Made by a program: the position numbers and the translations under genes. Positions 23,841 through 35,439 of a stretch of DNA of 64,000 nucleotides are shown here, piece by piece. The notes beneath the pieces were generated by a model. It searched no databases and was not told where the DNA came from. It saw nothing but the letters and a program-made list of their open reading frames with translations. Source of the DNA: Podarcis muralis (taxonomy: Eukaryota); the NCBI RefSeq assembly GCF_964188315.1, contig NC_135667.1, positions 11,160,001 to 11,224,000 of the forward strand, written 5' to 3'. The stretch's first letter is position 1. Each line of letters starts with the position of its first letter.

Positions 23841-24176
23841 GTCTAGAGTGCAAGTGGTCGCCCTGACTGATCCGAGCACCTTGTCCACATCCTCCAGCCT
23901 TACCAACTGAAACTCATCCAACACAACAGGACTAGACTGTGCTCTGGACACCCATGAGATTCATCTTCTGTAACAGAAGTGTCAGGGCCTTAGTAGATGC
24001 AAGCAAATTTATTCTCAAATTGCTTTGTAAACAAGTCACAGCGAGCTACCATTGGTTCTATCATCTCCTTTGGGCCAGCCTGTAAAAGGCCATGTACAAC
24101 CCGAAAAAATCCTCCATTGGGGATTCAATGGAGGCAGCAAAGTATGCCTTCTTTGCTGCCTTCACTGCCACTAGGT

Positions 24177-24522
24177 AAAGAGAAAGGGCCCCCTGACCAT
24201 TAGATCCAGTCGTGACCGACTCTGGGGTTGCGGCGCTCATCTCACTTTATTGGCCGAGGGAGCCAGCATGCAGCTTCCGGGTCATGTGGCCAGCATGACT
24301 AAGCCACTTCTGGCGAACCAGAGCAGCGCACGGAAACGCCGTTTACCTTCCTGCCGGAGCGGTACCTATTTATCTACTTGCACTTTGCCGTGCTTTCGAA
24401 CTGCTGGGTTGGCAGGAGCTGGGACCAAGCAACGGCAGCTCACCCTGTTGCGAGGATTCAAACCGCCGACCTGATCGGCAAGTCCTAGGCTCTGTGGTTT
24501 AACCCACAGCGCCACCCGCGTC
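24177..24522 (-). mobile_element. Sauria SINE (subtype A)
   Basis: Full head-to-tail match to other copies in the window. Confidence 0.88.
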
Positions 24523-25336
24523 ACTGCCACTAGATGGGCTCAATAATGAGCCCTTACAAGTGTTTGCTTGAATTCATTCAGATCTTTCCTCCACTGAAGA
24601 TGGCGACAGGCCAGTCAGCCAGCTCCAGAGCTCCACAGATTTTAATTGAGATTTAATTGATTTTAACTCGTTTTAAACCAAATATTTTATTAACTATCAA
24701 CTGTTCAACTGTCAACCTGGAAGCTGGAGAGCAGAAGAATGTGGAGCTGTGAGATAAGCAATAATTAACAAACTTGGAGCTTATCTGTTCTGTCAGCATG
24801 CCGTTTATCAAGTGGAAGCCCGGAAGCTGGCTGAATAGGACACTGTAACTATTGAGATTTTAACCTTAGGCTTTTGAACCTAACCTGTCATCCAGAGGCA
24901 AGAAAAGAATCAGGAATAGTCCCAGTAATGATACTGGGGCCTCATAAATCCAGTAAAGAGGAGAAACAGATGAGAATGGACTCCTACCTCCCCACCATAA
25001 GGACAACGCCAAACGTGAGTAATGGAATAACAGCTGCAAGATCCCCTCCACTTGCGTTCAAGCCGTTTCCCGGCTTGTTTTCTCACTCTAAGCTATGGAG
25101 TATACCAGGGGGCCAATTGGACTCCACAAAGTGGGAGAAGGCACTCATGGGCGATTGTGTCTATAGCCCCAGCCATTCAGGTGTTCCGGAGGCTGGCCAG
25201 GGTTTCAACAGGAACACCAGTCATATCAGCCAGAACCACACCCCCCAGAGCCATTTGGAATCCCACTAGATCCATCAGCCTCTGAGGGTGGACCTTCCTA
25301 ATTGGTCCCACGCCTCTGCGGAGGGGAAAGGTTGCT

Positions 25337-25697
25337 GACGCGGGTGGCGCTGTGGGTAAATTCTCAGCGCCTAGGACTTGCCGATCGCATGGTTGGCGGT
25401 TCGAATCCCCGCGGCGGGGTGTGCTCCCGTCGTTCAGTCCCAGCACCTGCCAACCTAGCAGTTCGAAAGCACCCCCGGGTGCAAGTAGATAAATAGGGAC
25501 CGCTTACCAGCGGAAAGGTAAACAGCGTTCCGTGTGCTACGCTGGCTCGCCAGATGCAGCTTGTCACGCTGGCCACGTGACCCGGAAGTGTCTGCGGACA
25601 GCGCTGGCTCCTGGCCTCCAGAGTGAGATGAGCGCACAACCCTAGAGTCTGTCAAGACTGGCCCAAACGGGCAGGGGTACCTTTACTTTTTACCTTT
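25337..25697 (+). mobile_element. Sauria SINE (subtype B)
   Basis: GACGCGGGTGGCGCTGTGGG head; ACCTTTACTTTTTACCTTT tail. Confidence 0.9.
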
Positions 25698-25817
25698 AAA
25701 TCTCAACAGGACCATGACAAGGGACTGATGTCAATGTTCCCCACCTTCAGATCACCCTCTTCCTGCCCAGTCCAGAGGTCCAGAGTGTGGCCTGCGTGTG
25801 CTTTGGGCCGGTGACAT

Positions 25818-26453
25818 TGTTAACGGGAAAATCCGAGGGCTCCCTTGGACAAAAACAAAGACACCAACCAGGATAACTTGGAGCAAAACAGCAGCCTGTA
25901 GGCTTGGCCTTTATTGAATACTGTCGCGACAGGACTCCCACCCACAACAAGATGAAGCAAAATGGAAGCCCAGAACAAAAGAAGACCCCAACTTTTATTA
26001 GTTACTAATCCCCCAAACTACACCCCTAAGACTATGTCACAACTACATCACAAAAAGGAGGGGTTGAGGGAGGAGTTGTGGTGGTAACCTGAGTGTCCTG
26101 TCACCTGGCTGGTTCCTCCTTTCCCCCCTCCCCATGAGTGCTTTCCAGGTGACAAAGAGGAGCTTGCAGTTTCCTGCCCCCAGAGGGAAGAGCTGATCAT
26201 TGTCCTTTGTTCCAGTCCGTGCTGAATCCACTCCCATATGCAAGTTCTTTGTGATCTTGATGGTCTTCTGTCTAAGACCATCAGGGTTGGCATAGCAACT
26301 GGGCAGGGCTCCTGTGTATGTGCTGGTATGCTCAAGGGATTATGGCTGGCCTGTATCAAACCTTCCCCATTTTGTAGTCCTTCCTTCATGGAGTAAAAAA
26401 AAGTGGAACAGTGCATATCCGATGTATGGTTGATTTTCTATGAATTTATAACA
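25818..26453 (-). mobile_element. Possible ERV-like solo LTR
   Basis: TGTTA..TAACA inverted termini and two AATAAA on the minus strand; no TSD visible. Confidence 0.4.
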
Positions 26454-26580
26454 GAAGCGTAGTGTATGTAGTGTGTGAGGTGTGTGTGAAGTTTGTACAA
26501 ACTGAATAATTGGGGGGGTGGGTTTCAAGAGGCTGTCTAGAGGCTTCAAGATACTTTTCAAGATGCTGTCTAGAGGCTTA

Positions 26581-26852
26581 CAGTGGTACCTCGCAAGACG
26601 AATGCCTCGCAAGACGAAAAACGCGCAAGACGAAACGTCTTGCGAGTTCTTGCGAGTTTGTTTCCTTTTTCTTAAAGCCGCTAAGCCGTTAATAGCCGCT
26701 AAGCCGCTAAGCCGTTAATAGCCGCTAAGCCGCTAAGCCGCTAATAGCCGCTAAGCTGCTAAGCCGCTAATAGCCGTGCTTCGCAAGACGAAAAAACCGC
26801 AAGACGAAGAGACTCGCGGAACAGATTAATTTCGTCTTGTGAGGCACCACTG
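26581..26852. mobile_element. Tigger-like MITE with an internal minisatellite
   Basis: CAGTGGTACCTCGCAAGACG / CGTCTTGTGAGGCACCACTG TIRs with TA TSD; TAAGCCGC/TAATAGCCGC array at 26673-26776. Confidence 0.85.
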
Positions 26853-27404
26853 TAGTCTCCTCTAAATTATGAGGCCCTGGGCTGCGGACCACTCAGCCCA
26901 TATGAAAATCTGACACTGTCTACTCCTTTTACCAACAAAAGTTGCTGTGACCATTGTGCGCACTCTGAAATGTGTGTTATTTCCTGAGGGCAAATCCACA
27001 CTTACAGGATGACTGAACGATAAAAGGTGGGGCTGCTTACTGAAAGAGATTTATTGAGCCCAATCAGACGTGAGAAACATTTTAACTGAGCTGTTTAAGC
27101 AGATATTTATCTACCAGCCTGCCTTCTGGTTTATATTATCCTTTTGCTTAGTTTTGTTTACACAACAATGCCGACGCAGCTTATTTAGATACGTGTATGC
27201 TGAATATATTACAACACTGTTCTTATATCCTTTTTATTACCTTTGCTTTCGCTTCAGGTGTTTCTCGTGCTTCTTGTTCCTCATCCTGATGCGTTTTGAT
27301 GCCTACCTTGGCAGCAGCTGTTCGGGGCACACCTGAGGAAGCAGCAGACTCCAGATGAACCCGGGCGACAAACGGTTCGGGTCTCGACTCTGTCTTTCTG
27401 TAAC

Positions 27405-27889
27405 ATGTCCTTCAATTTACGGCTTCGGAAGCAGAAATTAGCGCTGACCATCTGCGTGGTTTTCTTTGTTAGTCTTACTCTTTCACTGCTACAGAGGGCA
27501 ACCAGGTGAGTTATCTGGGTTCTTTGGGAAAGTGGGCTGGGAACAGCATAGTTTTGAGTGCTTTTTTGAAATGTCAAACAGTATCAGAGATAGCCAGGCC
27601 ACCTGAGACATCCACTGAGGAAAGCACCCCCATATACTGTATTTTTCGCTCTATAAGACGCGCCAGACCACAAGACGCACCTAGTTTTTGGAGGAGGAAA
27701 ACAAGAAAAAATTCTGAATCTCAGAAGCCAGAACAGCAAGAGGAATCGCTGCGCAGTGAAAGCAGCAATCCCTCTTGCTGTTCTGGCTTCTGGGATAGCT
27801 GCGCAGCTTGCATTCGCTCCATAAGACACACACACATTTCCCCTTATTTTTTAGGAGGGAAAAAGTGAGTCTTACAGAGCAAAAAATAC

Positions 27890-27933
<44 letters not shown>

Positions 27934-30900
27934 GTAGAGTGTTATAAGAAAACAAACTGCTTTTTTCCCTTATGGGGTACCCAAGAGCCCGTATAGAGTC
28001 CTTATGTAGGTTCCCTATCAGTAGGAGAACACAACAGAGGCCAACCAGAGAATATTGAGAAGTAAAGCAGCTAGTAAGCCTGATCTTTATTAAGCTGTTG
28101 CAACAGGGTGCTCACCGCCCCCTCATGCAGGAGGGAGGAGGAACCCAGAACATTGGTGTGCAAGCTGTTATATAGACTTTTGAAATTGCCACCCTCTAGT
28201 TCAAGGCCACCCCGCAATCTTACATCACTGAAAGGGTGGTCTACAGCAGAAAACCTGTCTGCCAGGATACCTGTTAATGGTCACTGGTTGCTTTTACCTG
28301 GGCATCCCAGTCATTCTTTTGTGATAGTAAATACTTAGTTCCTAAATCTCTTACGCATATTGATAGTGTGCTCAGTTTAACAGATACTTGCCAGACTGTA
28401 TTTATAGGGAGGTGTAAGCCCCTACAGTCCAAAGACAATTGGAAAGCTTTTCCCATTTCCTTCCTCCTTGCAGAGAAATATTTGAGGTCAATTTTGGGAG
28501 GGTCAAAATGGCTTCAGGATTGTTCTCCTGTACTATTTCAGACACGTGGTTTATATACTTATGTATGTGTTTGCCTTATACATTTATGAACATTTATTTT
28601 ATATCTTAGACCTTATAATTCTTATAACAAGAGGAAAACCTGTAGAAAATCAGCTCTGAGAGCCTTCTTAAAAAACTTGAGTTGTTTTAACAAGGGGAAG
28701 TGCAAATGGGCTTCAGCAGAGTCTGTAGCAATGACGACGAGCTCTGAAATTAATCCCAGCGCTGTGTGTGGTTCTTTCCCCCCACAGAGAGAAAACTACG
28801 TTAGGACAATTATCAAAGTGCCGGGAATTGAATCGGTTATTTGAAGTAAGGGAATTCTCTCAGAGGTGAGTTTTTCTGGTTGGACTGGCAGGCCTCACTG
28901 TTGGGCAGAGAGAGGCAGCTGATTTGGGGTGTCATGTAAAGGCGGCAAATTTTTAATTGTGTCTGGCGCGCCAACTTGAGGCGTGCCAACTCGAGGGGGT
29001 CAAAGGTGTCAGTTTGCATTTCTTAGTACAGAAAGTATCGATCAGATGCGTAGAGATCTTTCCTATTCTGCTTTCCTATTCTGGAAGCTTCTCTGTGTGA
29101 AAGAAACAAGTAGAAGGTTCATGATGTTTGAGTTATTCCTTCAGAGAAACTGGCTTAAACTGGTTCTCTTATCTCTTCTGTCAAGGTCATGCTGACTATA
29201 ATAGAAAGGCCAAAAGGAGCCTGGGTTTCACTTTCTCTTTCTACCTCTTTTCCTTCTGGTGTGGTGTTCTGTACATAGTATGCTTAGCGTTAAGGTTTAG
29301 ACTTATTGTAAGTCAAGTCTGCAGTTAATTCTGCTGCAACTGGGTTTCTTATGGACAGTGTCAGTCCTGAATGTATTGGATTTGTGACCATTATGCTCAT
29401 TTGCCTTCAGTAGCAGTAAAGCTTAGGGACGCGGGTGGCGCTGTGGGTAAAACCTCAGCGCCTAGGACTTGCCGATCGCATGGTCGGCAGTTTGAATCCC
29501 CACGGTGGGGTGCGCTCCCGTCGTTCGGTCCGAGCGCCTGCCAACCTAGCAGTTCGAAAGCACCCCCGGCTGCAAGTAGATAAATAGGGACCGCTTACCA
29601 GCGGGAAGGTAAACGGCGTTCCGTGTGCTGCGCTGGCTCGCCAGATGCAGCTTGTCACGCTGGCCACGTGACCCGGAAGTGTCTGCGGACAGCACTGGCT
29701 CCCGGTCTATAGAGTGAGATGAGCGCACAACCCTAGAGTCTGTCAAGACTGGCCCGTATGGGCAGGGGTACCTTTACTTTTACCTAGCAGTAAAGCTCCT
29801 GGATGAAATACAATTGCCTCTGGTCTATTTTGGGGGGGAATCCTGCAACGTGTTTAAGTTTTTACTCTGCTAACTATACGTCGGAGTTCCGCTCTGGACC
29901 ATTTTGAGTAGAATTCCACGACAAAAAGCATCTTGGCCCCCCTCTATATTTGCTTGAGATGTCACACTCCGGGCCTCCACAATCTTGGGGCACCTCTGCG
30001 TTGTGCGATCTGTTATTGCCAAATTTCTTTACTTCCCTGAAGAAGCATGACTTCCCGCCCCCGGGGCCTCTTGTGGAGGAAGCAAACAAAGAAAAAGGGC
30101 CTCAGAAGATGATCTCGGGGTCCAGTTAGGTTCATATGGAAAAAGGGATGAACTCTGAAACTAGTTGTTGATATCTCTGTCTCTTTTGCTGGCAGTGCTC
30201 AATTCAGCAAGACAGCCAGCGATGAGAAGCGGGTTCGTGTTGTCAAAACGTGGAAACTTCCTCAAAAAGATAAGGGCATTCTGGAGCATGTTCTACTCAC
30301 TCAGGAGTGCCCTTGGGAACCCAATCCTGCAGCAATGGCCCAATACAGGTAAAGCCATCCACTCACCTGTTCGGAGAGACACCTGGAAAAACAGACAGCA
30401 ATGGTTGTATATGCCGTTGTTAGACCCTCCAGCCAGAAGCCTGGCTGCTGCATTCTGCATTAGCAGCAGCTCCCAGACCAACCCCACATAGCCCCACATG
30501 GAGTATGTTACAGTAAGCTAGTCTCAAAGGTTACCGGTGTTCTAGAGAGAGGTTTGGGAGAGAGATCCTTACTCTCTCGTAGCAGAGTTAGGCACAATGG
30601 TGATTGCTCCAAGCACATTCAAACTTGGTTAGATTTTTTCACCTGCCCCCCATACACCTTTGAACAAGCATTCTGCACGAAAATACTTAGGCTAGAATAA
30701 ATCACATAGTTTACTCACAGCATTTCTAGAAGCTACATTAAACAAGTCTCCTATCTGCTGGCGGTAAAAGAAAGATGAAAAAGGTTCCGAAAGACTTTAA
30801 AAGAAAAGTACTTTGTTTCCGCACAAAAAGTCTCGTGCAATCTTTGGGTTAGCAAAGATGCAGGCTGTAAAATCTCCCTTTCGGAGAGATTCAATTCACT

Positions 30901-32853
30901 TGGGTTGTTGTTGTTGTTTGCTATTGGGGGCCTTAGCCACAGGGCTCCTTCTTTGCTTGTTCCAGAAAGCATGAAGAGAAAAGGGAAGAATGGGAGGGAA
31001 GAAACAAAAGGCTGCAGGGAGCCTGCTAAGCTCTACCCCCACTGGCTACCTGAGCTCAGGTTAATTCCTTCATGCACGGAAGTGGAAGTCAGTAACTGTA
31101 TATTACAACAAGTGCCTAGACTACTGTAGACAAGCTATCTTCCTGTCTAAGAATGGACAAAGCTGGTAACAACAACAACAACAACAGCAACAAATATTTT
31201 ATTATTTATACCCCACCCATCTGGCTGGGTTTCCCCAGCCACTCTGGGCAGCTCCCAACAGGAGGAGGAGGAGGAGGAAGCAATAAAACATCAAACATTA
31301 AAAACCTCCCTAAACAGGGCTGCCTTCAGATGTCTTCTAAAAGTCAGATAGTTTCTTTGGCATCTGATAGAAGGTCGTTCCACAGGGCGGGCACCACTAC
31401 CGAGAAGCCCTCTGCCTGCTTTCCTGTAACCTCACTTCTCACACTGAGGGAACCGCCAGAAGGCCCTTGGAGCTGGACCTCAGTGTCTGGGCAGAACAAT
31501 GGGGGTGGAGATGCTCCTTCAGCTATACTGGGCCAAGGCCATTTAGGGCTTTAAAGGTCAACACCAGCACTTGGAATTGTGCTTGGAAATGTACTGGGAG
31601 CCAATGTAGGTCTTTCAAGACCGGTGTTATGTGGTCTCGGTGGCCTCTCCCAGTCGCCAGTCTAGCCACCACATTCTAGATTAGTTGCAGTTTCCAGGTC
31701 ACCTTCAAAGGTAGCCCCACGTAGACTGCATTGCAGTAGTCCAAGTGGGAGATAACCAGAGCATGCACAACTCTGGCAAGACAGTCCGCAGGCAGGTAGG
31801 GTGTCAGCTGGCATACCAGATGGAGCTGGTAGTCAGCTGCCTTGGACACAGAATTGACCTGCGCCTCCATGGACAGCTGGTAAAAGTGGCACACCTAGTT
31901 GCTGAGGTCACTTAACATAAAACCATCAGAAGAGATCAGGCCAAAGACTCATCTAATCCAGGTCCCTGTTCTCAGAGTGGCCAACCCAATGCCTGTGGGA
32001 AGCCTGCAAACAGAATCCTCTTGTGATTCTCAGTAACTAGTGTTCAGAGGCAGAGGACTCCAGGGATGGAGCCAGACTACAGATCTTCAGAAGGAAGGCA
32101 ACACCATCCTGAGCACGCACAGAGTCCATAAATGATCTCCCCTTGATGAGGCTTAGAGTGACTTCATCTCTTTGTATGGGGCAACCCCCTGCCCCACCTG
32201 CCACAAAGGCCTTAGGGGGAGCATAAGTTGTTTCCTTCGCAGCGTCACCCTAATCCACCTCTCCTCCCATTTGCAGGGCAGAACTGGGCCAGTGTTGCAA
32301 CGCTTCCTTCTCAATAGTCTTGACCAAGGAAAACACGCCGTTGGGATCAAGCATCACCTTTGACGGAATGAAAGGGAAGGCGTTTCCGGCGAGCGCTAAG
32401 CTGGTGGACTTGCTGCCGGAGGTTTGTGGGGGGGGGTATTTGGGGTGGGGGGAAAGAGCCACAACCCAGAGCACATGCCGGTACAGAAGGTTCAATCCTT
32501 GGCCTTTCTCGTTTAAACTGGGCAGAGGAACCATTGGCTCACAGGCCTCCCCTTGCGGTCCATACCAACCTGCCCTATATACCTGATGAGCCCTGTTTTT
32601 GTGGGATCATTTCTGGTTAATACATCCTGGGGATGTGTGAAGGATTCTTGCAGTGATGCACTCAACCACCTGCTCATTAGACCCCAGCCAGATAGGTGGG
32701 GTATAAAGAAAATATAATAATAATTGAGGCTGCATTTTAATGTTGTGTTTTTAATCTTGTTTTTTAAGTTGTCTTTCAATCAACTTGCTTTTATTATTGG
32801 TTGTTAGCTGCCCTGAGCCTGGTCTTGGCTGGGGAGGGTGGGGTATAAATAAA

Positions 32854-32890
<37 letters not shown>

Positions 32891-33024
32891 CCTTTTCCAT
32901 CCTGACTTATTAAAGCTAGCCAGGGTGGGGTGACTAAAGGGGTCAAAGGTGTGGTCAACACATCCTTGCATGAGGGAATGGCACCCGTCACCCAGTCGGA
33001 TGCACGGTGTACAAATAATAAAAC

Positions 33025-33069
<45 letters not shown>

Positions 33070-35390
33070 GGCCATGGTGAATCTGTTACTCAAAAAGCCC
33101 ATCGTAGACCCAATGGAGGGTAACACCCATGAACCAGTTGTCAGTATCCGTTTCTTGGCAAAGGTGGTTGTGGACCTGGTATCCCGGGAAGATTGGGGTT
33201 GCCTAGACAAATTTGTCCAACTTCCGGGAGTGAGTCACGTGACCTGTGCCTCACTCTCACCCTGAAAAAGTCTTTTTTTGTGTGTGGGGGTGGTGGCGTT
33301 TGCACCCAAAATGGCTGCTGCAATCTTGCGTGAAAAAACGGGCTGTCCATTTTCCCCCCGGGGGCACTTGGCAGGTATGCTACAATCTGGGTTTAGACCT
33401 GGTTTTGGAACGGAGCCTTTAGTGTCCTCAACCTAGTCCTGTGGAACTCTCTGCCACGAGAGATTCACCAAGTGAATTATATGTCAACTTTTAAATGCCT
33501 GCTGGAAACTTTTCTGTTCTGCTAGGCGTATGCAGGAAATTCAGAGCGCATCCACCCATAATGGTTTATGGAGGTTTACTTTTAGTTTTTAACTTTTTAT
33601 GACATTAGTGTTTGGCTTTATGCTTTTATATTGTTGTAAAATGCTGTGATATATTTTTATGACACAGCGTCCTATCAATATTTTTATGCATGAAAATGAT
33701 TTCCCACTCCTGAGTTAAAGGGTAACAGAATCCTGGTGATCTAAGCCAATATTTCTTTTGTATGTATTTATTAAGATTATTTCTCTCCTGCACTCCCAAA
33801 AATCTAGAGGTCACCCTTCCCAGACTCCCAGTATAGGCACTGTGCTGTTGTGGGCAATGGTGGGATTCTACGAAACAGCAGCTGTGGTCAGGAGATTGAC
33901 CGGGCAGATCTAGTAATCAGGTAACTTATTTCTTCTTCCTTTTCGAGGGAAACTGGTGGCACTGCAAACAGGTGAGAATCACAAATAATATGGGGTCCTT
34001 TTACAGTGTTCACTCCCAGGCGGACTTGGTTTTTTTGTTTTGTTTTACTCAGAAGTAAGTAACATTCTGCAAAAGCCCTACTTCTCCTTGCAACTAGCTT
34101 TTCAACTGGCAGTTTCCAATTATTTTAAAAGAGCATTTGGGCCAATTGGTAAAATTCATACTTTGCATACAGAATGTCCCAGGTTCAGCCCCTGCAATTT
34201 TCAGTTTTAAAGCATAGCTGTCAACCGTCCCTTATTTGGCGGGAAAATCCCTTATCCCAGCGCCGTGTCCTGCTGCTGTCCCTTATCGATGATGTCCCTT
34301 AAATTTCCCGGGTTTCAAAGGAAGCAGCTCCTCTCCCTCCCTCCCTGCCAGCGAGGGAGGAGGGAGGCTCCAACTGTGTTGCTTGGCTGCGTTGCTCACC
34401 CAATAAGGTGTCTAAGAACAACTGGGGGGTGGAGCTTGCATGCCTTGTGCCGATCAAATCGGTCACATTGCCTGGGGACTCGCCTTTGCTCAGCGCTTCC
34501 CAGCGGAGAGGTGACGGTGGTTTCCCTTGCTGCATCCCCTTTGCTGGGTTGCTGCGCTGTGGGAACCACCGCTTGAGGCTTTGTTTGGCTGCTGGCTGGG
34601 CTTTCTGCCTTTGGCTTGGAGGGGCTCAGAAGTGGAACATACCTGTGCTTGGAAAATCCCTTATTTTGGCTGCTGATCCTTTATTTTCGAGGCTGCTGGT
34701 CCCTTATTTTCAAATCTGTAACTTGACAGCTATGTTTCAAAGGCAATGGGAAAGATCCGCCCATGCCTGAGATTATGAAAAGCTGCTTCCAGTCAGAGTA
34801 GACATTACTGAGCTATATAGACAGGTGGTTGGCTCTGGTTTAAGGGGGCTCCCTATGTTTCTAATATTGGAAGCAGCCTAATGCTGAGCCCATGTATGTA
34901 GCCCAGTGTCATCAACATTGACCGGCAGCGCACCTCCAAGGTCTTGGGCAGAATTCTGCTCCTTGAATCTTCTTGTTCCTGTTCATTGGGCTCTTTGCAT
35001 TCCTAAATTCAACATTTATTAGTTAGTCCTGTCTCTTGCAGGAGCTGAACCTTTCATTAGTGGCTTCTTCTTTCCCGCCAGAGAAATTGCTCATTTAAAT
35101 ACACTTAAAAAGTAGACAAAAAGGTACCCCTGCCCGTACGGGCCAGTCTTGCCAGACTCTAGGGTTGTGCGCTCATCTCACTCTATAGGCCGGGAGCCAG
35201 CGCTGTCCGCAGACACTTCCGGGTCACGTGGCCAGCGTGACAAGCTGCATCTGGCGAGCCAGCGCAGCACACGGAAACGCCGTTTACCTTCCCGCTAGTA
35301 AGCGGTCCCTATTTATCTACTTGCACCCGGGGGTGCTTTCGAAAAAGTAGACAACAAAGGAGCAATTGGCTGCAAAGAGGAAAGCACCGA

Positions 35391-35439
<49 letters not shown>

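Larger units (their letters stand above)
21480..23955 (-). mobile_element. 5'-truncated L2/CR1-group LINE with a degenerate RT, hosting nested insertions
   Basis: Minus-strand fragments ..VRATTCTLD|PCPSWLI.., [36 protein letters not shown]; frameshifted and deleted. Confidence 0.88.

Noticed and set aside
28845-28846. Donor GAA|GTAAGG for ST8SIA exon 2
   Set aside because: It gives phase 0 and breaks the frame; AG|GTGAGT at 28865 fits.
30966-31059. Exon-like segment in ST8SIA intron 3 (CAG acceptor, AG|GTTAAT donor; SMKRKGK..PELR)
   Set aside because: The best acceptor gives phase 1, incompatible with the flanking phase-2 junctions. Exon 30196-30348 already supplies the CPW..YR segment that joins AELGQCC.
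32581-32610. CTGATGA followed by GCCC..GGG, a possible hammerhead
   Set aside because: No GAAA core or helix III follows.
32794-33265. ORFs with long poly-Ile runs (also 44449-44748)
   Set aside because: Translations of (TAT)n/(AAT)n microsatellites.
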